From NCBI RefSeq assembly GCF_039541115.1, contig NZ_BAABFP010000007.1, positions 1-64,000 of the forward strand: a stretch of 64,000 bases of DNA, read 5' to 3'. The stretch is from Angustibacter luteus. GTDB lineage: Bacteria > Actinomycetota > Actinomycetes > Actinomycetales > Angustibacteraceae. Both the position numbers and the translations under genes were made by a program. Positions within the stretch are counted from its first letter, which is position 1, and the number at the start of each line of letters is the position of its first letter. Under the pieces are notes generated by a model that worked only from the letters and a program-made list of their open reading frames with translations, was not told the origin of the DNA and did not search any database. Below are positions 1-10,192 of this stretch, piece by piece.

Positions 1-2
1 GT

Positions 3-1163
3 CAGCGCCGTACCAGCCGGCACCCCGGTGTTCGACGCCCCCGGCTTACCCGCCGGCACGGCGGTCGCGCTGGTCGTGCTGGCTGACGGGGTGCTGGTGG
101 TCGAGGTGGTGGCCGTGCTCGTGGGGGACGTCGTGGGGGACGTGCTGGTGCTCGGGCTCGTGGGGGACGTCGTGGGGGACGTCGTGGGGGACGTGGTCGG
201 GGACGTGGTCGGGGACGTCGTGGCCGTGCTCGTGGGCGACGAGCTGGTCGTCGGCGTGGGCTGCGGAGCGGGGTGGACGACGGTCACCAGGCGGCGCACG
301 CTCAGGGAGGTGACCCGGACGCCGTTCGCCCGGGACAGCGCCGAGGTGTAGAAGGCGAGACCGGACGCCCCCGTGGCCGTCAGGCGCGCAGCGCTCTGGT
401 CGGTCCCGGTCGCCTGCCAGGCGGGAGTGGCCGAGCCGAGCTTCCACAGCTTGCTGGCCAGGCTGACCGGGGAGGTGCCGGACACGCGGGCGCGCAGCAC
501 GTAGTACGTGCCGGCCCTGGCTCGGGTCGCGAGCGTGACCGTGCGACCGACCGTGGTCAGCTGGTCCCGGCTGTTGGCCCGTGAGGTCTGGAGCTGGAGC
601 ACGCCGCCCTGGGCGACCCGGACCCGCTGGATGTAGGTGATGGTGCCGTGCTGCCGGGAGGTGATGCCCACCCAGGTGCCGTTCCCCCTGGTGGGCAGGG
701 AGGTGACCTTGAAGACGACGGTGGTCTCGCTGTCCCGCTCGTGGGTCCCGCTGAGGTAGGCCCGACGAGTTGATCCGGTGCGGACGACGACGCCGCCGGT
801 GGCGCCGCCCACGGAGAAGTCGTGCTTGCCCTGCAGGACCCAGGCTCCGCCGGTCGTGGCCGAGCCCCAGCTGCTGCGCCGAACGCGGGAGAAGGTGTCC
901 GATGCGACCGTGCTGGACAGCTCCAGCGTCGTCGAGGACGCGAGCTCGGCCTGCGGCAGCGGCAGCGCAGGGGCCGCCGCCTCGCCGGACCCCACGGTCC
1001 CGACCAGCAGGGCCCCGACGACGCTGACCCCGGCCACGGCGGGGGCGAGCCGGGCGAGCGCGGACGCCAGGCGCCCCCCGGGCCGCGGCAGGCGCACGAC
1101 GTGCGCGACCACGGTGACGGTCGGCGCTGCTGAATCACGAGTGGGGCGCGTGCTCTCGGCCAT
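3..1163 (-). CDS. Secreted/surface protein, 3'-truncated by the window edge: hydrophobic N-terminus, beta-rich domain, Thr/Ser/Pro linker, start of a further domain
   Basis: Translated by hand (not in the ORF track because it runs off the edge). ATG at 1163 stays open to base 3 with high GC3. Contains VAGVSVVGALLVGTVG, SDTFSR..SWGSATTGGAW, (TTSP)n and KPGASNTGVPAGTAL. The true start may be further downstream. Confidence 0.8.
   Translation of the reverse strand, partial: MAESTRPTRDSAAPTVTVVAHVVRLPRPGGRLASALARLAPAVAGVSVVGALLVGTVGSGEAAAPALPLPQAELASSTTLELSSTVASDTFSRVRRSSWGSATTGGAWVLQGKHDFSVGGATGGVVVRTGSTRRAYLSGTHERDSETTVVFKVTSLPTRGNGTWVGITSRQHGTITYIQRVRVAQGGVLQLQTSRANSRDQLTTVGRTVTLATRARAGTYYVLRARVSGTSPVSLASKLWKLGSATPAWQATGTDQSAARLTATGASGLAFYTSALSRANGVRVTSLSVRRLVTVVHPAPQPTPTTSSSPTSTATTSPTTSPTTSPTTSPTTSPTSPSTSTSPTTSPTSTATTSTTSTPSASTTSATAVPAGKPGASNTGVPAGTAL
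118..222. repeat. Imperfect 12-bp tandem repeat (GTCGTGGGGGAC-like) within the TTSP-encoding linker
   Basis: Repeated gtcgtgggggac/gtggtcggggac units are directly visible. Confidence 0.85.
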
Positions 1164-1245
1164 AGCAGGGCAACGGTCTAGTCACCCCCACCCTGTAGTC
1201 GGATGATCTTGAGTTCACCCAGGCGGCCCAGCACGCAAACAGCGC

Positions 1246-1281
1246 GATGCCCGACCGGTGACTAGTCACCGGCCGGGCATC
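1246..1281 (-). terminator. Hairpin downstream of the LAYTG gene
   Basis: GATGCCCGACCGGTGAC-TA-GTCACCGGCCGGGCATC inverted repeat just after the stop at 1300. Confidence 0.65.
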
Positions 1282-1299
1282 GGCATTGCTGTGGGTGGG

Positions 1300-1599
1300 T
1301 CAGGCGCGGGCGCCTCGCTTGCGCGTGGCGGCCACCAGGAACGCACCGCCGGCGGTCAGGCCGACACCAGCGGCCAGCCAGATGGCGACGTCCGTACCCG
1401 TGTACGCGAGCGCCGGGCTGTCGGCGTTCGAGCTCTGCACGGTCGGCGCCGTCGAGGACGACGGAAGCACGCTCACCGTGGCGGACGGTGTCGGTGCCGG
1501 GTAGTCGTTGTCTGCCGCGTTGGCCACTGCGGGCCCGCCGAGGACGGCCACACCGCAGAGCACCGCTGCGGCGGCGGAACGACGAAGCGTGCTGCGCAT
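1300..1599 (-). CDS. Small secreted protein with a sortase-type C-terminal sorting signal (LAxTG)
   Basis: Signal peptide MRSTLRRSAAAAVLCGVAVLGGPAVANA; C-terminus PALAYTG + hydrophobic helix + RKRGARA. Confidence 0.8.
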   Translation of the reverse strand: MRSTLRRSAAAAVLCGVAVLGGPAVANAADNDYPAPTPSATVSVLPSSSTAPTVQSSNADSPALAYTGTDVAIWLAAGVGLTAGGAFLVAATRKRGARA

Positions 1600-1740
1600 G
1601 ATCTGAACCCCTTGACTCAAGCGTGGACAACAACCCAGTGGAACAAGGACAACGCTACATGGCGTAGTGCTCCACCCGCAGGCATACCCCCGAAGAGGGC
1701 CAAAGAATGACGCTGCGTAGTGGAAGGTTCGCCGGACGCG

Positions 1741-3504
1741 CTACGGCACGCGCTGCCCGGCGACCTTCACCACGGTGGGTGAGGACGTCACGGGCGGCAC
1801 CACGGTGGTCATCCCCTGGCCGCCGCCGAGCGACACGGTCAGGGTCCGGTGCTCACCGCGCGGGATCGTCATGGTCACGCGCAGGACGTTCCACCCACGC
1901 TCCGTGCCCGCGCCGAACGCCACGGGCTTGCCGTCGAGCTGGGCGCCGCGGACCGACACGGTCGGGGGCAGGTGCACCTGGACGACGACCTGGTGGGTCG
2001 TCGGGTCGGCGCCCGGCAGATGGTTCTGGGCGTAGCCGGCGACCGTCGCAGGTGCCTCGTTGCGCACCGACACGTCCAGCGCGCGACCGGGCGCGAGGTC
2101 GATGGACACCCGATCCCAGTAGTCGAGCTTCGAGGCGTCCGTGTTCACGAGCGAGACCCGGGCCGTGCTGCCGTCGGGCTTGCCGAGGCCGCCGTCCGCG
2201 CCCAGGTTCGACAGGGCCTGCTGGACGGACCCGACGGGGCTCCAGGCCATGAGCTGACCCTGCGAGGTGGCGTCCCGCAACGCCTGCACGAGCTTGACGC
2301 CGTCCACGTTGCTGGTGGTGAGCTTGCCGAAGACCGACTTCAGGACGTCCTGCACGTAGGCGTTGCGCACCGTGGTGTCCGGGATCGTGCGGTAGATGTC
2401 GGCGCCGAACAGGTCCGCGGCGTTCTGCGAGGTGATCTGCGGACCTCGGGCCACCTTGACCGGGCCGGTGACCTCGAGCAGCCGGGCCAGGGCACGGGGG
2501 GTGATGCTCACGATGGTGCTGCTGGTCGGTGCGCTCTGGCCCCCGCTCTGGCTCGTGTAGCGCCGGAAGCTCGCGGCGAGCAGGGGGGCCGCCCGGGTGA
2601 AGTCGGGGGACAGGTTGCTGTTGCGGACGTCGCGCAGCTGGGGTCCGTAGAGCGCGACCAGGTCGCGCGGCAGCTCGTCGGTCGGCGTCTTGTAGGGGAT
2701 GACGTCGTCGTTCACGTCGGTGCGCACCAGGTCCAGACGGCCGCGGTCGGCCTTGATGACCGCCAGGGCGCCGATGATGCCGCCGGTCCCGCGGGCCTCG
2801 GACGGGTTCTGGACGCCGACCAGGATGCCGCTCGGGTCGTCCGCGCCGAGCACCTGCGCGGCGACGACCAGACCGTCCGCCGCCGTGGCGACCGAGGAGT
2901 TCACCAGGTCGACGGCGTTGCGCGCCTTCTCGATCGGGCCGCGCAGCGGTTCGGCGACGCCCTGCAGGTTGATCTCGTCGACGGCTTGGGCCGAGTGTGC
3001 GGCCGGAAGCTTCGCGCGCTCGACGTCGGCGCGGAGCACCGCCAGCCGGTCCGAGTCGATGCTGCCGTCGGGGCGGCGCGCGCGGTCCTGCAGGGTGCCG
3101 ACCACGCCGAGCAGGGGGTCGACGGTGCCATCCACCGTGTCGTGCAGCGCGAAGACCGTGCGGCGGACCGCCTTCAGGTCGTCCCCGTAGTACGGCGCGG
3201 CCTGCGGCACCAGCCACTGCGGCCCGGCCAGCGCCTTCGTCGCAATGGTCAGGTGTCGGGACAACGAGACGATGCCGTCGCCGGCACCCGAGATGTCCTC
3301 CGCCTTCAGTGCGGCCTTGACCCGGTCGCCGTCCGCCTGCGCCGACCGCAGCGCCAGGCCGGCCACGATCCCCTCGAGGACGAGCAGGACGACGAGCGCG
3401 AGCAGCAGACCGAGGACGATCTTGATCGCCAGACGCGCCCAGGAGCGCCCGCGGGTGGCGAGGTCGTCGTCGGCATCGACGGCCTCGAGATCAGTGGCCT
3501 GCAC
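1741..3504 (-). CDS. DUF4012-family membrane-anchored protein
   Basis: N-terminal TM helix, helical region, and motifs QNPSEARGTGGIIG, NLSPDF, N.DASKLDYW typical of DUF4012. Confidence 0.8.
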   Translation of the reverse strand: MQATDLEAVDADDDLATRGRSWARLAIKIVLGLLLALVVLLVLEGIVAGLALRSAQADGDRVKAALKAEDISGAGDGIVSLSRHLTIATKALAGPQWLVPQAAPYYGDDLKAVRRTVFALHDTVDGTVDPLLGVVGTLQDRARRPDGSIDSDRLAVLRADVERAKLPAAHSAQAVDEINLQGVAEPLRGPIEKARNAVDLVNSSVATAADGLVVAAQVLGADDPSGILVGVQNPSEARGTGGIIGALAVIKADRGRLDLVRTDVNDDVIPYKTPTDELPRDLVALYGPQLRDVRNSNLSPDFTRAAPLLAASFRRYTSQSGGQSAPTSSTIVSITPRALARLLEVTGPVKVARGPQITSQNAADLFGADIYRTIPDTTVRNAYVQDVLKSVFGKLTTSNVDGVKLVQALRDATSQGQLMAWSPVGSVQQALSNLGADGGLGKPDGSTARVSLVNTDASKLDYWDRVSIDLAPGRALDVSVRNEAPATVAGYAQNHLPGADPTTHQVVVQVHLPPTVSVRGAQLDGKPVAFGAGTERGWNVLRVTMTIPRGEHRTLTVSLGGGQGMTTVVPPVTSSPTVVKVAGQRVP

Positions 3505-3513
3505 CGTCGAAGG

Positions 3514-4695
3514 CTAACTGCCGCCCTGCTCGCGCCGTGGCGGTTTGCCGGAACCTCCACGGTTGACCGGTCCGAGCACGACGCGGGCCACGTGCTCGCG
3601 GTAGCGGCGCGGCGAGTAGCGGCGGGCGGCCTCGGCGACGTCGTCCGGCATCTGGGCCAGGACCTGCGGCCAGTCCCCGACCAGCTCGGCGAGGGCGTCG
3701 GCGAGGGCCTGTGGGTCGGCGGGCGGGACGCTGCGGGTGGCCTTCAGCCCCTCGACCGCCTCGAGCAGCCCGCTGGTCGCCGAGGCGACGACCGGCCGTC
3801 CGGCGAGCACCCCCTCGACCGCGGTGTTGCCGAACGGCTCGTCCAGGCGGGACGGGACGACGAGGACGTCGGCGCCGGCCAGCAGGGTCCAGACGTCGGA
3901 GCTGAAGCCGTGGAAGGTGACGCGGTCCGTCAGGGCGAGCCGGGCCACCTGCTCGCCCAGCTGCTGCTCGTACCACTCGTACCCGGGGAAGACCGCACCG
4001 ACGATGCCCAGACGGGCCCGGTGCCCGGACTGGTTGAGCAGCCCGACCGCGGCCACGGCCACGTCCACGCCCTTGCGCTCGGACAGCCGCCCGACGTACA
4101 GCACGCGCAGCTCGTCCGTGACGTCCGCCCGCAGGGGCGTGACGTCCGCCGGGCCGGGGATGCCGTTGTAGACGACCTCGCTGGTGCGCTCGAGGCGGCC
4201 GAAGGTATCGGCCAGGACGTCGGCGCTGAACTGGCTGTTGACCACGAGGCGGTGCGCGAGCAGCAGCGGGGCGACCAGCGCCCGGCGGACCACGGGCCGC
4301 GCCGACCGCTCCGCCTCGTGCACGTGGCAGACCACGTCGGCCCGCACCAGGCGCGCCAGCACGAGCCAGAGCGGAGCCGTGATCGTGCTGACGTAGACGA
4401 CGTCCGGCCGGACCCGGCGCAGCAGCCGCATCCCCGCCGGCACGGCGGCCGCGGTGGCCGCGAGCAGCCGCAGCAGCCCGGTGGGTGACAGGTAGGCCTT
4501 GCGCAGCACCGGCGTCGGGGTGAACACGACCTCGACGCCGAGCTCGCCCAGCAGCTCGGTCAGCGGGCCGGGGGTCGGCAGGGTGACCACGACGCGAGCG
4601 CCCTGCTCGAGCAGGCCACGCACGGTCTCGACCATGACGCGGTCCGAGCCGTACAGGTCCGCGCCGGGGTGCGTGACCAGCACTGTCGTCCCCAT
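3514..4695 (-). CDS. Glycosyltransferase family 4 (GT-B)
   Basis: HPGADLYGSDRV, VGRLSERKG, EPFGNTAVEG. The 1565-aa ORF upstream part is the antisense shadow of mfd. Confidence 0.9.
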   Translation of the reverse strand: MGTTVLVTHPGADLYGSDRVMVETVRGLLEQGARVVVTLPTPGPLTELLGELGVEVVFTPTPVLRKAYLSPTGLLRLLAATAAAVPAGMRLLRRVRPDVVYVSTITAPLWLVLARLVRADVVCHVHEAERSARPVVRRALVAPLLLAHRLVVNSQFSADVLADTFGRLERTSEVVYNGIPGPADVTPLRADVTDELRVLYVGRLSERKGVDVAVAAVGLLNQSGHRARLGIVGAVFPGYEWYEQQLGEQVARLALTDRVTFHGFSSDVWTLLAGADVLVVPSRLDEPFGNTAVEGVLAGRPVVASATSGLLEAVEGLKATRSVPPADPQALADALAELVGDWPQVLAQMPDDVAEAARRYSPRRYREHVARVVLGPVNRGGSGKPPRREQGGS

Positions 4696-4784
4696 GCCCA
4701 CCTCTGGTCGCCACCCCGAGCTCGTCCGCCGGTCGGGTCGATCCTTCCATGCGGGTGGGTGGCCCGGGGGGCGGATGCGGGGTT

Positions 4785-4806
4785 TGTCAGCGGTCCCGCA
4801 TAGGCT
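4785..4806 (+). promoter_or_regulatory. RecA-NDp/PafBC-type promoter of mfd
   Basis: TGTCAG-N10-TAGGCT, ending 9 nt before the ATG. Confidence 0.6.
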
Positions 4807-4815
4807 GAGGGACTC

Positions 4816-7800
4816 ATGAGCCTGAGCTCGATCCTCCCGCCGTTGCTGGCCGACGCCGCGCTGGCGCAGGCCCGCGACCTCGCCCGCTCCGGCGGCGTCC
4901 GCACGCTCGACCTGTCCGCGCCGGCCGGGGCCTGGCCGCTGGTCGCCAGCGCGCTGGCCTCGTCGGACCCGACCGCGGCCGGCCGCCCGCTGCTCGTGGT
5001 CACCGCGACCACCCGTGAGGCGGAGGACCTCGCCTCGGCGCTGTCCTGCTTCCTGCCCGGTGACCGGGTCGTGGACTTCCCGTCGTGGGAGACGCTGCCG
5101 CACGAGCGGCTGAGCCCGCGCAGCGACACGGTCGGGCGCCGGCTCGCCGTGCTGCGCCGGCTGGCGCACCCGGACCCGTCCGACCCCACCGCCGGCCCCG
5201 TATCCGTCGTGGTCGCCCCGGTCCGCGCGGTGCTGCAGCCCATCGTGGCCGGCCTCGGCGACCTGGAGCCGGTGCGGCTGGCGACGGGTGACACGGCCGA
5301 CCTCGAGGACGTGGCCCGAGCCCTCGCCGGCGCCGCCTACGCCCGCACCGACCTGGTGGAGCGGCGCGGTGAGTTCGCCCTGCGCGGCGGCATCCTGGAC
5401 GTCTTCCCGCCGACCGAGCAGCACCCGTTGCGGGTCGAGTTCTGGGGCGACACGGTCGAGGAGATCCGCTACTTCGCGGTCGCCGACCAGCGCAGCCTGG
5501 AGATCGCCGAGCACGGGCTGTGGGCGCCCCCCTGCCGCGAGCTGCTGCTCACCGACGCCGTCCGCGAACGGGCCCGCGCGCTCGTGCCGCAGCTGCCGGG
5601 CGTCGCCGACCTGCTGGCGAAGGTGTCCGAGGGCATCGCGGTGGAGGGCATGGAGTCGCTCACCCCCGCCCTGGTGGACCGCATGGAACTGCTCGTCGAC
5701 GTGCTGCCCGAGGGGGCGATGGTGCTGGTCTGCGACCCCGAGCGCGTCCGCGCGCGGGCCCACGACCTGGTCGCCACGAGCGTCGAGTTCCTGGACGCGA
5801 GCTGGGCCAACGCGTCGGCCGGCAACGTCACCCCGATCGACCTGGAGGCGGTGCTCGGCACGGCGTCCTTCCGCGAGCTCGCCGACGTCCGCGAGCACGC
5901 GCTCGCGGTGGACGTCCCGTGGTGGACCGTCGGGCCCTTCGCGGTCGACTCCGAGACGGCCAGCGGTGGGGACCACGTCCGGTCGGACGACGGCGGGTCG
6001 GTTGGCGGGGCGCTCGCGCTCAGCCTGGATGCGCACGACGTGGACTCCTACCGCGGCGACACGGTCCGCGCGCTGGACGACCTGGCGTCCTGGACGTCGT
6101 CCGGCTGGCGCGTCGTGGTGGTCAGCGAGGGCGGCGGCCTGGCCCAGCGCGTCGTCGAGGTGCTCGGCGAGCGCGAGGTGCCGTCCCGGCTGACGGCGTC
6201 GCTGGACGACCAGGAGCCCGCCGCCGGCATGGTGGAGGTGACGACCGGTCGGCTGGCCCGCGGCTTCGTGGCCCCGGGGGTCAAGCTCGTGCTGGTCACC
6301 GAGACGGACCTGACCGGGACGGCGGGCCAGTCCACCAAGGACATGCGCCGGATGCCGTCGCGCCGGCGCAACGTCGTCGACCCGCTGCAGCTGCGGCCGG
6401 GCGACCACGTCGTGCACGAGCAGCACGGCGTCGGCCGGTTCGTCGAGATGATGCAGCGCACCGTGGCGGACTCGACCCGCGAGTACCTGGTGATCGAGTA
6501 CGCGTCGAGCAAGCGGGGCCAGCCGGCGGACCGGCTGTTCGTGCCGAGCGACTCCCTCGACCAGGTGACCAAGTACGTCGGCGGCGAGGCGCCCACGCTC
6601 AACAAGCTGGGCGGCGGCGACTGGGCGAAGACCAAGGGTCGCGCGCGCAAGGCGGTCAAGCAGATCGCGGGCGAGCTGATCCGGCTGTACTCGGCCCGGA
6701 TGGCCTCGCCCGGCTACGCCTTCGGCGCGGACACGCCGTGGCAGCGCGAGCTCGAGGACGCCTTCGCCTACGTCGAGACCCCGGACCAGCTGGTCACCAT
6801 CGACGAGGTCAAGGCGGACATGGAGCGCTCGGTCCCGATGGACCGGCTGATCTGCGGCGACGTGGGCTACGGCAAGACCGAGATCGCGGTGCGTGCGGCG
6901 TTCAAGGCGGTGCAGGACGGCAAGCAGGTCGCGATCCTGGTGCCGACCACCCTGCTGGTGCAGCAGCACTTCAACACCTTCTCCGAGCGCTACGCCAACT
7001 TCCCGGTCGTGGTGAAGGCGCTGTCCCGCTTCCAGTCCGACAAGGAGGCCGCGGCCGTCAAGGACGGCATCCGCGACGGCAGCGTCGACGTGGTCATCGG
7101 CACCCACCGCCTGCTGACCACCGACTTCCGGTTCAAGGACCTCGGCCTCATCGTGGTCGACGAGGAGCAGCGCTTCGGCGTCGAGCACAAGGAGCAGCTG
7201 AAGGCGATGCGCACGGCGGTGGACGTGCTCGCCATGAGCGCCACGCCGATCCCGCGCACGCTCGAGATGGCCGTCACCGGGATCCGCGAGATGTCCACTC
7301 TCGCAACGCCTCCGGAGGAGCGCCACCCGGTGCTCACCTTCGTCGGGGGCTACGACGAGAAGCAGATCGGTGCGGCGATCCGGCGCGAGCTGCTGCGCGA
7401 CGGCCAGGTGTTCTACATCCACAACCGGGTCAGCTCGATCGAGAAGGCCGCCAGCCGGCTGCGCGAGCTGGTCCCCGAGGCGCGGATCGCCACCGCGCAC
7501 GGCCAGATGGGCGAGCACAAGCTCGAGCAGGTGGTCGTCGACTTCTGGGAGAAGAAGTTCGACGTGCTGGTCTGCACGACGATCGTCGAGACCGGCCTGG
7601 ACATCAGCAACGCCAACACGTTGATCCTCGAGCGGGCGGAGAACTTCGGCCTGTCCCAGCTGCACCAGCTGCGCGGCCGGGTCGGCCGCGGCCGCGAGCG
7701 GGCCTACGCCTACTTCCTGTACCCGCCCGAGAAGCCGCTCACCGAGACGGCGCTGGACCGGCTGCAGACGATCGCCCAGCACACCGACCTGGGCTCCGGC

Positions 7801-8445
7801 ATGCAGGTGGCGATGAAGGACCTCGAGATCCGCGGGGCCGGCAACCTGCTGGGCGGCGAGCAGTCCGGGCACATCGCGGGGGTCGGCTTCGACCTGTACG
7901 TGCGCCTGGTCGGCGAGGCCGTCGCCGAGTACCGCGGCGACGGCGAGCAGGCCCCGGCCGAGATGAAGGTCGAGCTGCCGGTCGACGCGCACCTGCCGCA
8001 CGAGTACGTGCCGGGGGAGCGGCTGCGGCTGGAGGCCTACAAGAAGCTGGCCGAGGCCGACACCGAGCAGGCCGTCGAGGCGGTCAAGGACGAGCTGGTC
8101 GACCGGTACGGCACCCCGCCGCAGCCGGTGCAGAACCTGCTGGACGTCGCGCGGCTGCGGGTGCACGCCCGGCGGGCCGGGCTCACGGACGTGGCGGTGC
8201 AGGGCAACCACATCCGCTTCGCCCCGGTGGAGCTGCGCGAGAGCCAGCAGCTGCGGCTGACCCGGCTCTACCCGGGCTCGCTGGTCCGGCCGGCGGTGCG
8301 CGCGATGATGGTGCCGAAGCCGACCACGGCGCGGATCGGCGGTCGCCCGCTGCGCGACGAGGAGGTGCTGCGCTGGGCCCGCGACGTGGTCGACGCCGTG
8401 CTGCTGGACTCGGTCGGCGCCGCCGCCTCAGCGAGCGGCGGCTGA
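4816..8445 (+). CDS. mfd: Transcription-repair coupling factor
   Basis: [19 protein letters not shown] (RID), [36 protein letters not shown]-terminus. Confidence 0.98.
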   Translation: MSLSSILPPLLADAALAQARDLARSGGVRTLDLSAPAGAWPLVASALASSDPTAAGRPLLVVTATTREAEDLASALSCFLPGDRVVDFPSWETLPHERLSPRSDTVGRRLAVLRRLAHPDPSDPTAGPVSVVVAPVRAVLQPIVAGLGDLEPVRLATGDTADLEDVARALAGAAYARTDLVERRGEFALRGGILDVFPPTEQHPLRVEFWGDTVEEIRYFAVADQRSLEIAEHGLWAPPCRELLLTDAVRERARALVPQLPGVADLLAKVSEGIAVEGMESLTPALVDRMELLVDVLPEGAMVLVCDPERVRARAHDLVATSVEFLDASWANASAGNVTPIDLEAVLGTASFRELADVREHALAVDVPWWTVGPFAVDSETASGGDHVRSDDGGSVGGALALSLDAHDVDSYRGDTVRALDDLASWTSSGWRVVVVSEGGGLAQRVVEVLGEREVPSRLTASLDDQEPAAGMVEVTTGRLARGFVAPGVKLVLVTETDLTGTAGQSTKDMRRMPSRRRNVVDPLQLRPGDHVVHEQHGVGRFVEMMQRTVADSTREYLVIEYASSKRGQPADRLFVPSDSLDQVTKYVGGEAPTLNKLGGGDWAKTKGRARKAVKQIAGELIRLYSARMASPGYAFGADTPWQRELEDAFAYVETPDQLVTIDEVKADMERSVPMDRLICGDVGYGKTEIAVRAAFKAVQDGKQVAILVPTTLLVQQHFNTFSERYANFPVVVKALSRFQSDKEAAAVKDGIRDGSVDVVIGTHRLLTTDFRFKDLGLIVVDEEQRFGVEHKEQLKAMRTAVDVLAMSATPIPRTLEMAVTGIREMSTLATPPEERHPVLTFVGGYDEKQIGAAIRRELLRDGQVFYIHNRVSSIEKAASRLRELVPEARIATAHGQMGEHKLEQVVVDFWEKKFDVLVCTTIVETGLDISNANTLILERAENFGLSQLHQLRGRVGRGRERAYAYFLYPPEKPLTETALDRLQTIAQHTDLGSGMQVAMKDLEIRGAGNLLGGEQSGHIAGVGFDLYVRLVGEAVAEYRGDGEQAPAEMKVELPVDAHLPHEYVPGERLRLEAYKKLAEADTEQAVEAVKDELVDRYGTPPQPVQNLLDVARLRVHARRAGLTDVAVQGNHIRFAPVELRESQQLRLTRLYPGSLVRPAVRAMMVPKPTTARIGGRPLRDEEVLRWARDVVDAVLLDSVGAAASASGG

Positions 8446-8519
8446 GCCCCACCGTCCGACATGTGGACGGCGGCCGTGCGAGCAGGTGCTCGGCCGCTCC
8501 GGTTGCCTACGCTCGTGCC

Positions 8520-9278
8520 GTGCCTGACCACCGCCGCGACGCCGAGCTCGCTCGCGGGCTGGCGGACGAGGCGGGGCGGCTGCTCCTGGACGTCCGGGAG
8601 CAGGGGCTCACCGGACGCGAGCTGGCGGCGGACGGCGACGCGCGCTCGCACGAGCACCTGCTGGGCCGGCTGCAGCAGGAGCGCCCAGGCGACGCGGTGC
8701 TCAGCGAGGAGGGTGAGGACGACGCAGCCCGGCTGAGCAGCGAGCGGGTCTGGATCGTCGACCCGCTGGACGGCACCCGCGAGTTCGCCGAGGCCGGCCG
8801 CACCGACTGGGCCGTGCACGTCGCACTCTGGCAGCGCGACGAGCTGGTGGCCGGGGCGGTCGCGCTGCCCGCACGCGGCGTCACGTTCGGCACCGACGTA
8901 CCGGCCCGACGTCCGACCGGGCTCCCCGCACCGATCCGGCTGGCGGTCAGCCGCAGCCGCCCACCGGCGTTCGTCGGCGCCCTCGCCGAGCGGATCGGCG
9001 CCGAGCTCGTCCCGATGGGCAGCGCCGGGGTGAAGGCCACGGCCGTCCTGGACGACGCCGCAGACGCCTACGTGCACGCCGGCGGTCAGTACGAGTGGGA
9101 CTCGGCCGCGCCCGTCGCGGTGTGCCGTTCGTCCGGTCTGTGGACGTCGCGGCTGGACGGCAGTGCCTTGAGGTACAACCGACGTGATCCTCTGCTGCCG
9201 GACCTGCTGGTCTGCCGGCCCGAGATCGCGGAGCTCCTGCTCACCGAGCTCCGCGCCTACCTGCCCGAGGTGGACTGA
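8520..9278 (+). CDS. cysQ: 3'(2'),5'-bisphosphate nucleotidase (inositol monophosphatase family)
   Basis: LSEE, WIVDPLDGTREF, GSAGVK, EWDSAAP; GTG start 6 nt after TACGCT; directly upstream of cysD. Confidence 0.9.
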   Translation: MPDHRRDAELARGLADEAGRLLLDVREQGLTGRELAADGDARSHEHLLGRLQQERPGDAVLSEEGEDDAARLSSERVWIVDPLDGTREFAEAGRTDWAVHVALWQRDELVAGAVALPARGVTFGTDVPARRPTGLPAPIRLAVSRSRPPAFVGALAERIGAELVPMGSAGVKATAVLDDAADAYVHAGGQYEWDSAAPVAVCRSSGLWTSRLDGSALRYNRRDPLLPDLLVCRPEIAELLLTELRAYLPEVD

Positions 9279-9280
9279 CC

Positions 9281-10192
9281 GTGGACGACGCGACGAGGTA
9301 CCAGCTGACCCAGCTGCAGACCCTCGAGGCCGAGGCGATCTTCATCTTCCGCGAGGTGGTGGCCGAGCTCGAGCGGCCGGTGCTCCTGTTCTCCGGCGGC
9401 AAGGACTCCATCGTCATGCTCCGGCTGGCCGAGAAGGCGTTCTACCCGGCCCGCATCCCGTTCCCGGTGATGCACGTCGACACCGGCCACAACTTCGCCG
9501 AGGTGCTGGCCTTCCGTGACCACCGGGTCGACCAGCTCGGCGTCCCCATGATCGTGGCCAGCGTGCAGGAGGCCATCGACAACGGCTCGGTCGTCCAGCC
9601 GCCGGACGGCACCCGCAACCGGATCCAGACCCCGGTGCTGCTGGAGGCGCTGGAGAAGCACCGGTTCACCGCGATCTTCGGTGGGGCCCGCCGCGACGAG
9701 GACAAGGCCCGCGCCAAGGAGCGGATCTTCTCGTTCCGCGACGACTTCGGTCAGTGGGACCCGAAGAACCAGCGTCCCGAGCTGTGGAGCCTCTACAACG
9801 GTCGGATCCACGCCGGCGAGAGCATCCGGGTCTTCCCACTGTCCAACTGGACCGAGCTCGACATCTGGCAGTACATCGCCCGCGAGGGCCTGGAGCTGCC
9901 GTCCATCTACTACGCGCACGAGCGCGAGGTGTTCGAGCGCGCGGGGATGCTGTTCGGCGTCCACGAGGTCTGCCAGCCCAAGGCCGGCGAGCCGGTCCGC
10001 GTCGAGCGGGTGCGCTACCGGACGGTCGGCGACGCCAGCCTGACCGCCGCGGTGCTCAGCGACGCCGCCACGGTCGAGGAGGTCGTGGCCGAGGTGGCGG
10101 CGACCCGGGTCACCGAGCGCGGCGCGACCCGCGGCGACGACAAGTTCAGCGAGGCCGCCATGGAGGACCGCAAGCGGGAGGGCTACTTCTGA
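9281..10192 (+). CDS. cysD: Sulfate adenylyltransferase subunit 2
   Basis: LFSGGKDS, GGARRDEDKARAKER, WDPKNQRPELW, RKREGYF. Confidence 0.97.
   Translation: MDDATRYQLTQLQTLEAEAIFIFREVVAELERPVLLFSGGKDSIVMLRLAEKAFYPARIPFPVMHVDTGHNFAEVLAFRDHRVDQLGVPMIVASVQEAIDNGSVVQPPDGTRNRIQTPVLLEALEKHRFTAIFGGARRDEDKARAKERIFSFRDDFGQWDPKNQRPELWSLYNGRIHAGESIRVFPLSNWTELDIWQYIAREGLELPSIYYAHEREVFERAGMLFGVHEVCQPKAGEPVRVERVRYRTVGDASLTAAVLSDAATVEEVVAEVAATRVTERGATRGDDKFSEAAMEDRKREGYF

Noticed and set aside
28..351. Plus-strand VVGD-repeat ORF and His-rich minus ORF 46..447
   Set aside because: Alternative frames of the TTSP linker repeat of the gene at 3..1163.
1620..1730. AT-richer intergenic region with GCGTAGTG twice as an ncRNA
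   Set aside because: No convincing extended structure; most simply the promoter region of the LAYTG gene.
3514..8211. 1565-aa minus-strand ORF as a giant glycosyltransferase fusion
   Set aside because: The upstream part is the antisense shadow of mfd; the GT4 motifs begin at 4695.
5520..9278. 1252-aa ORF overlapping mfd, and similar long Arg/Pro/Gly-rich ORFs across the window
   Set aside because: Stop-poor alternative frames typical of high-GC DNA; only the terminal part (here cysQ) has protein motifs.
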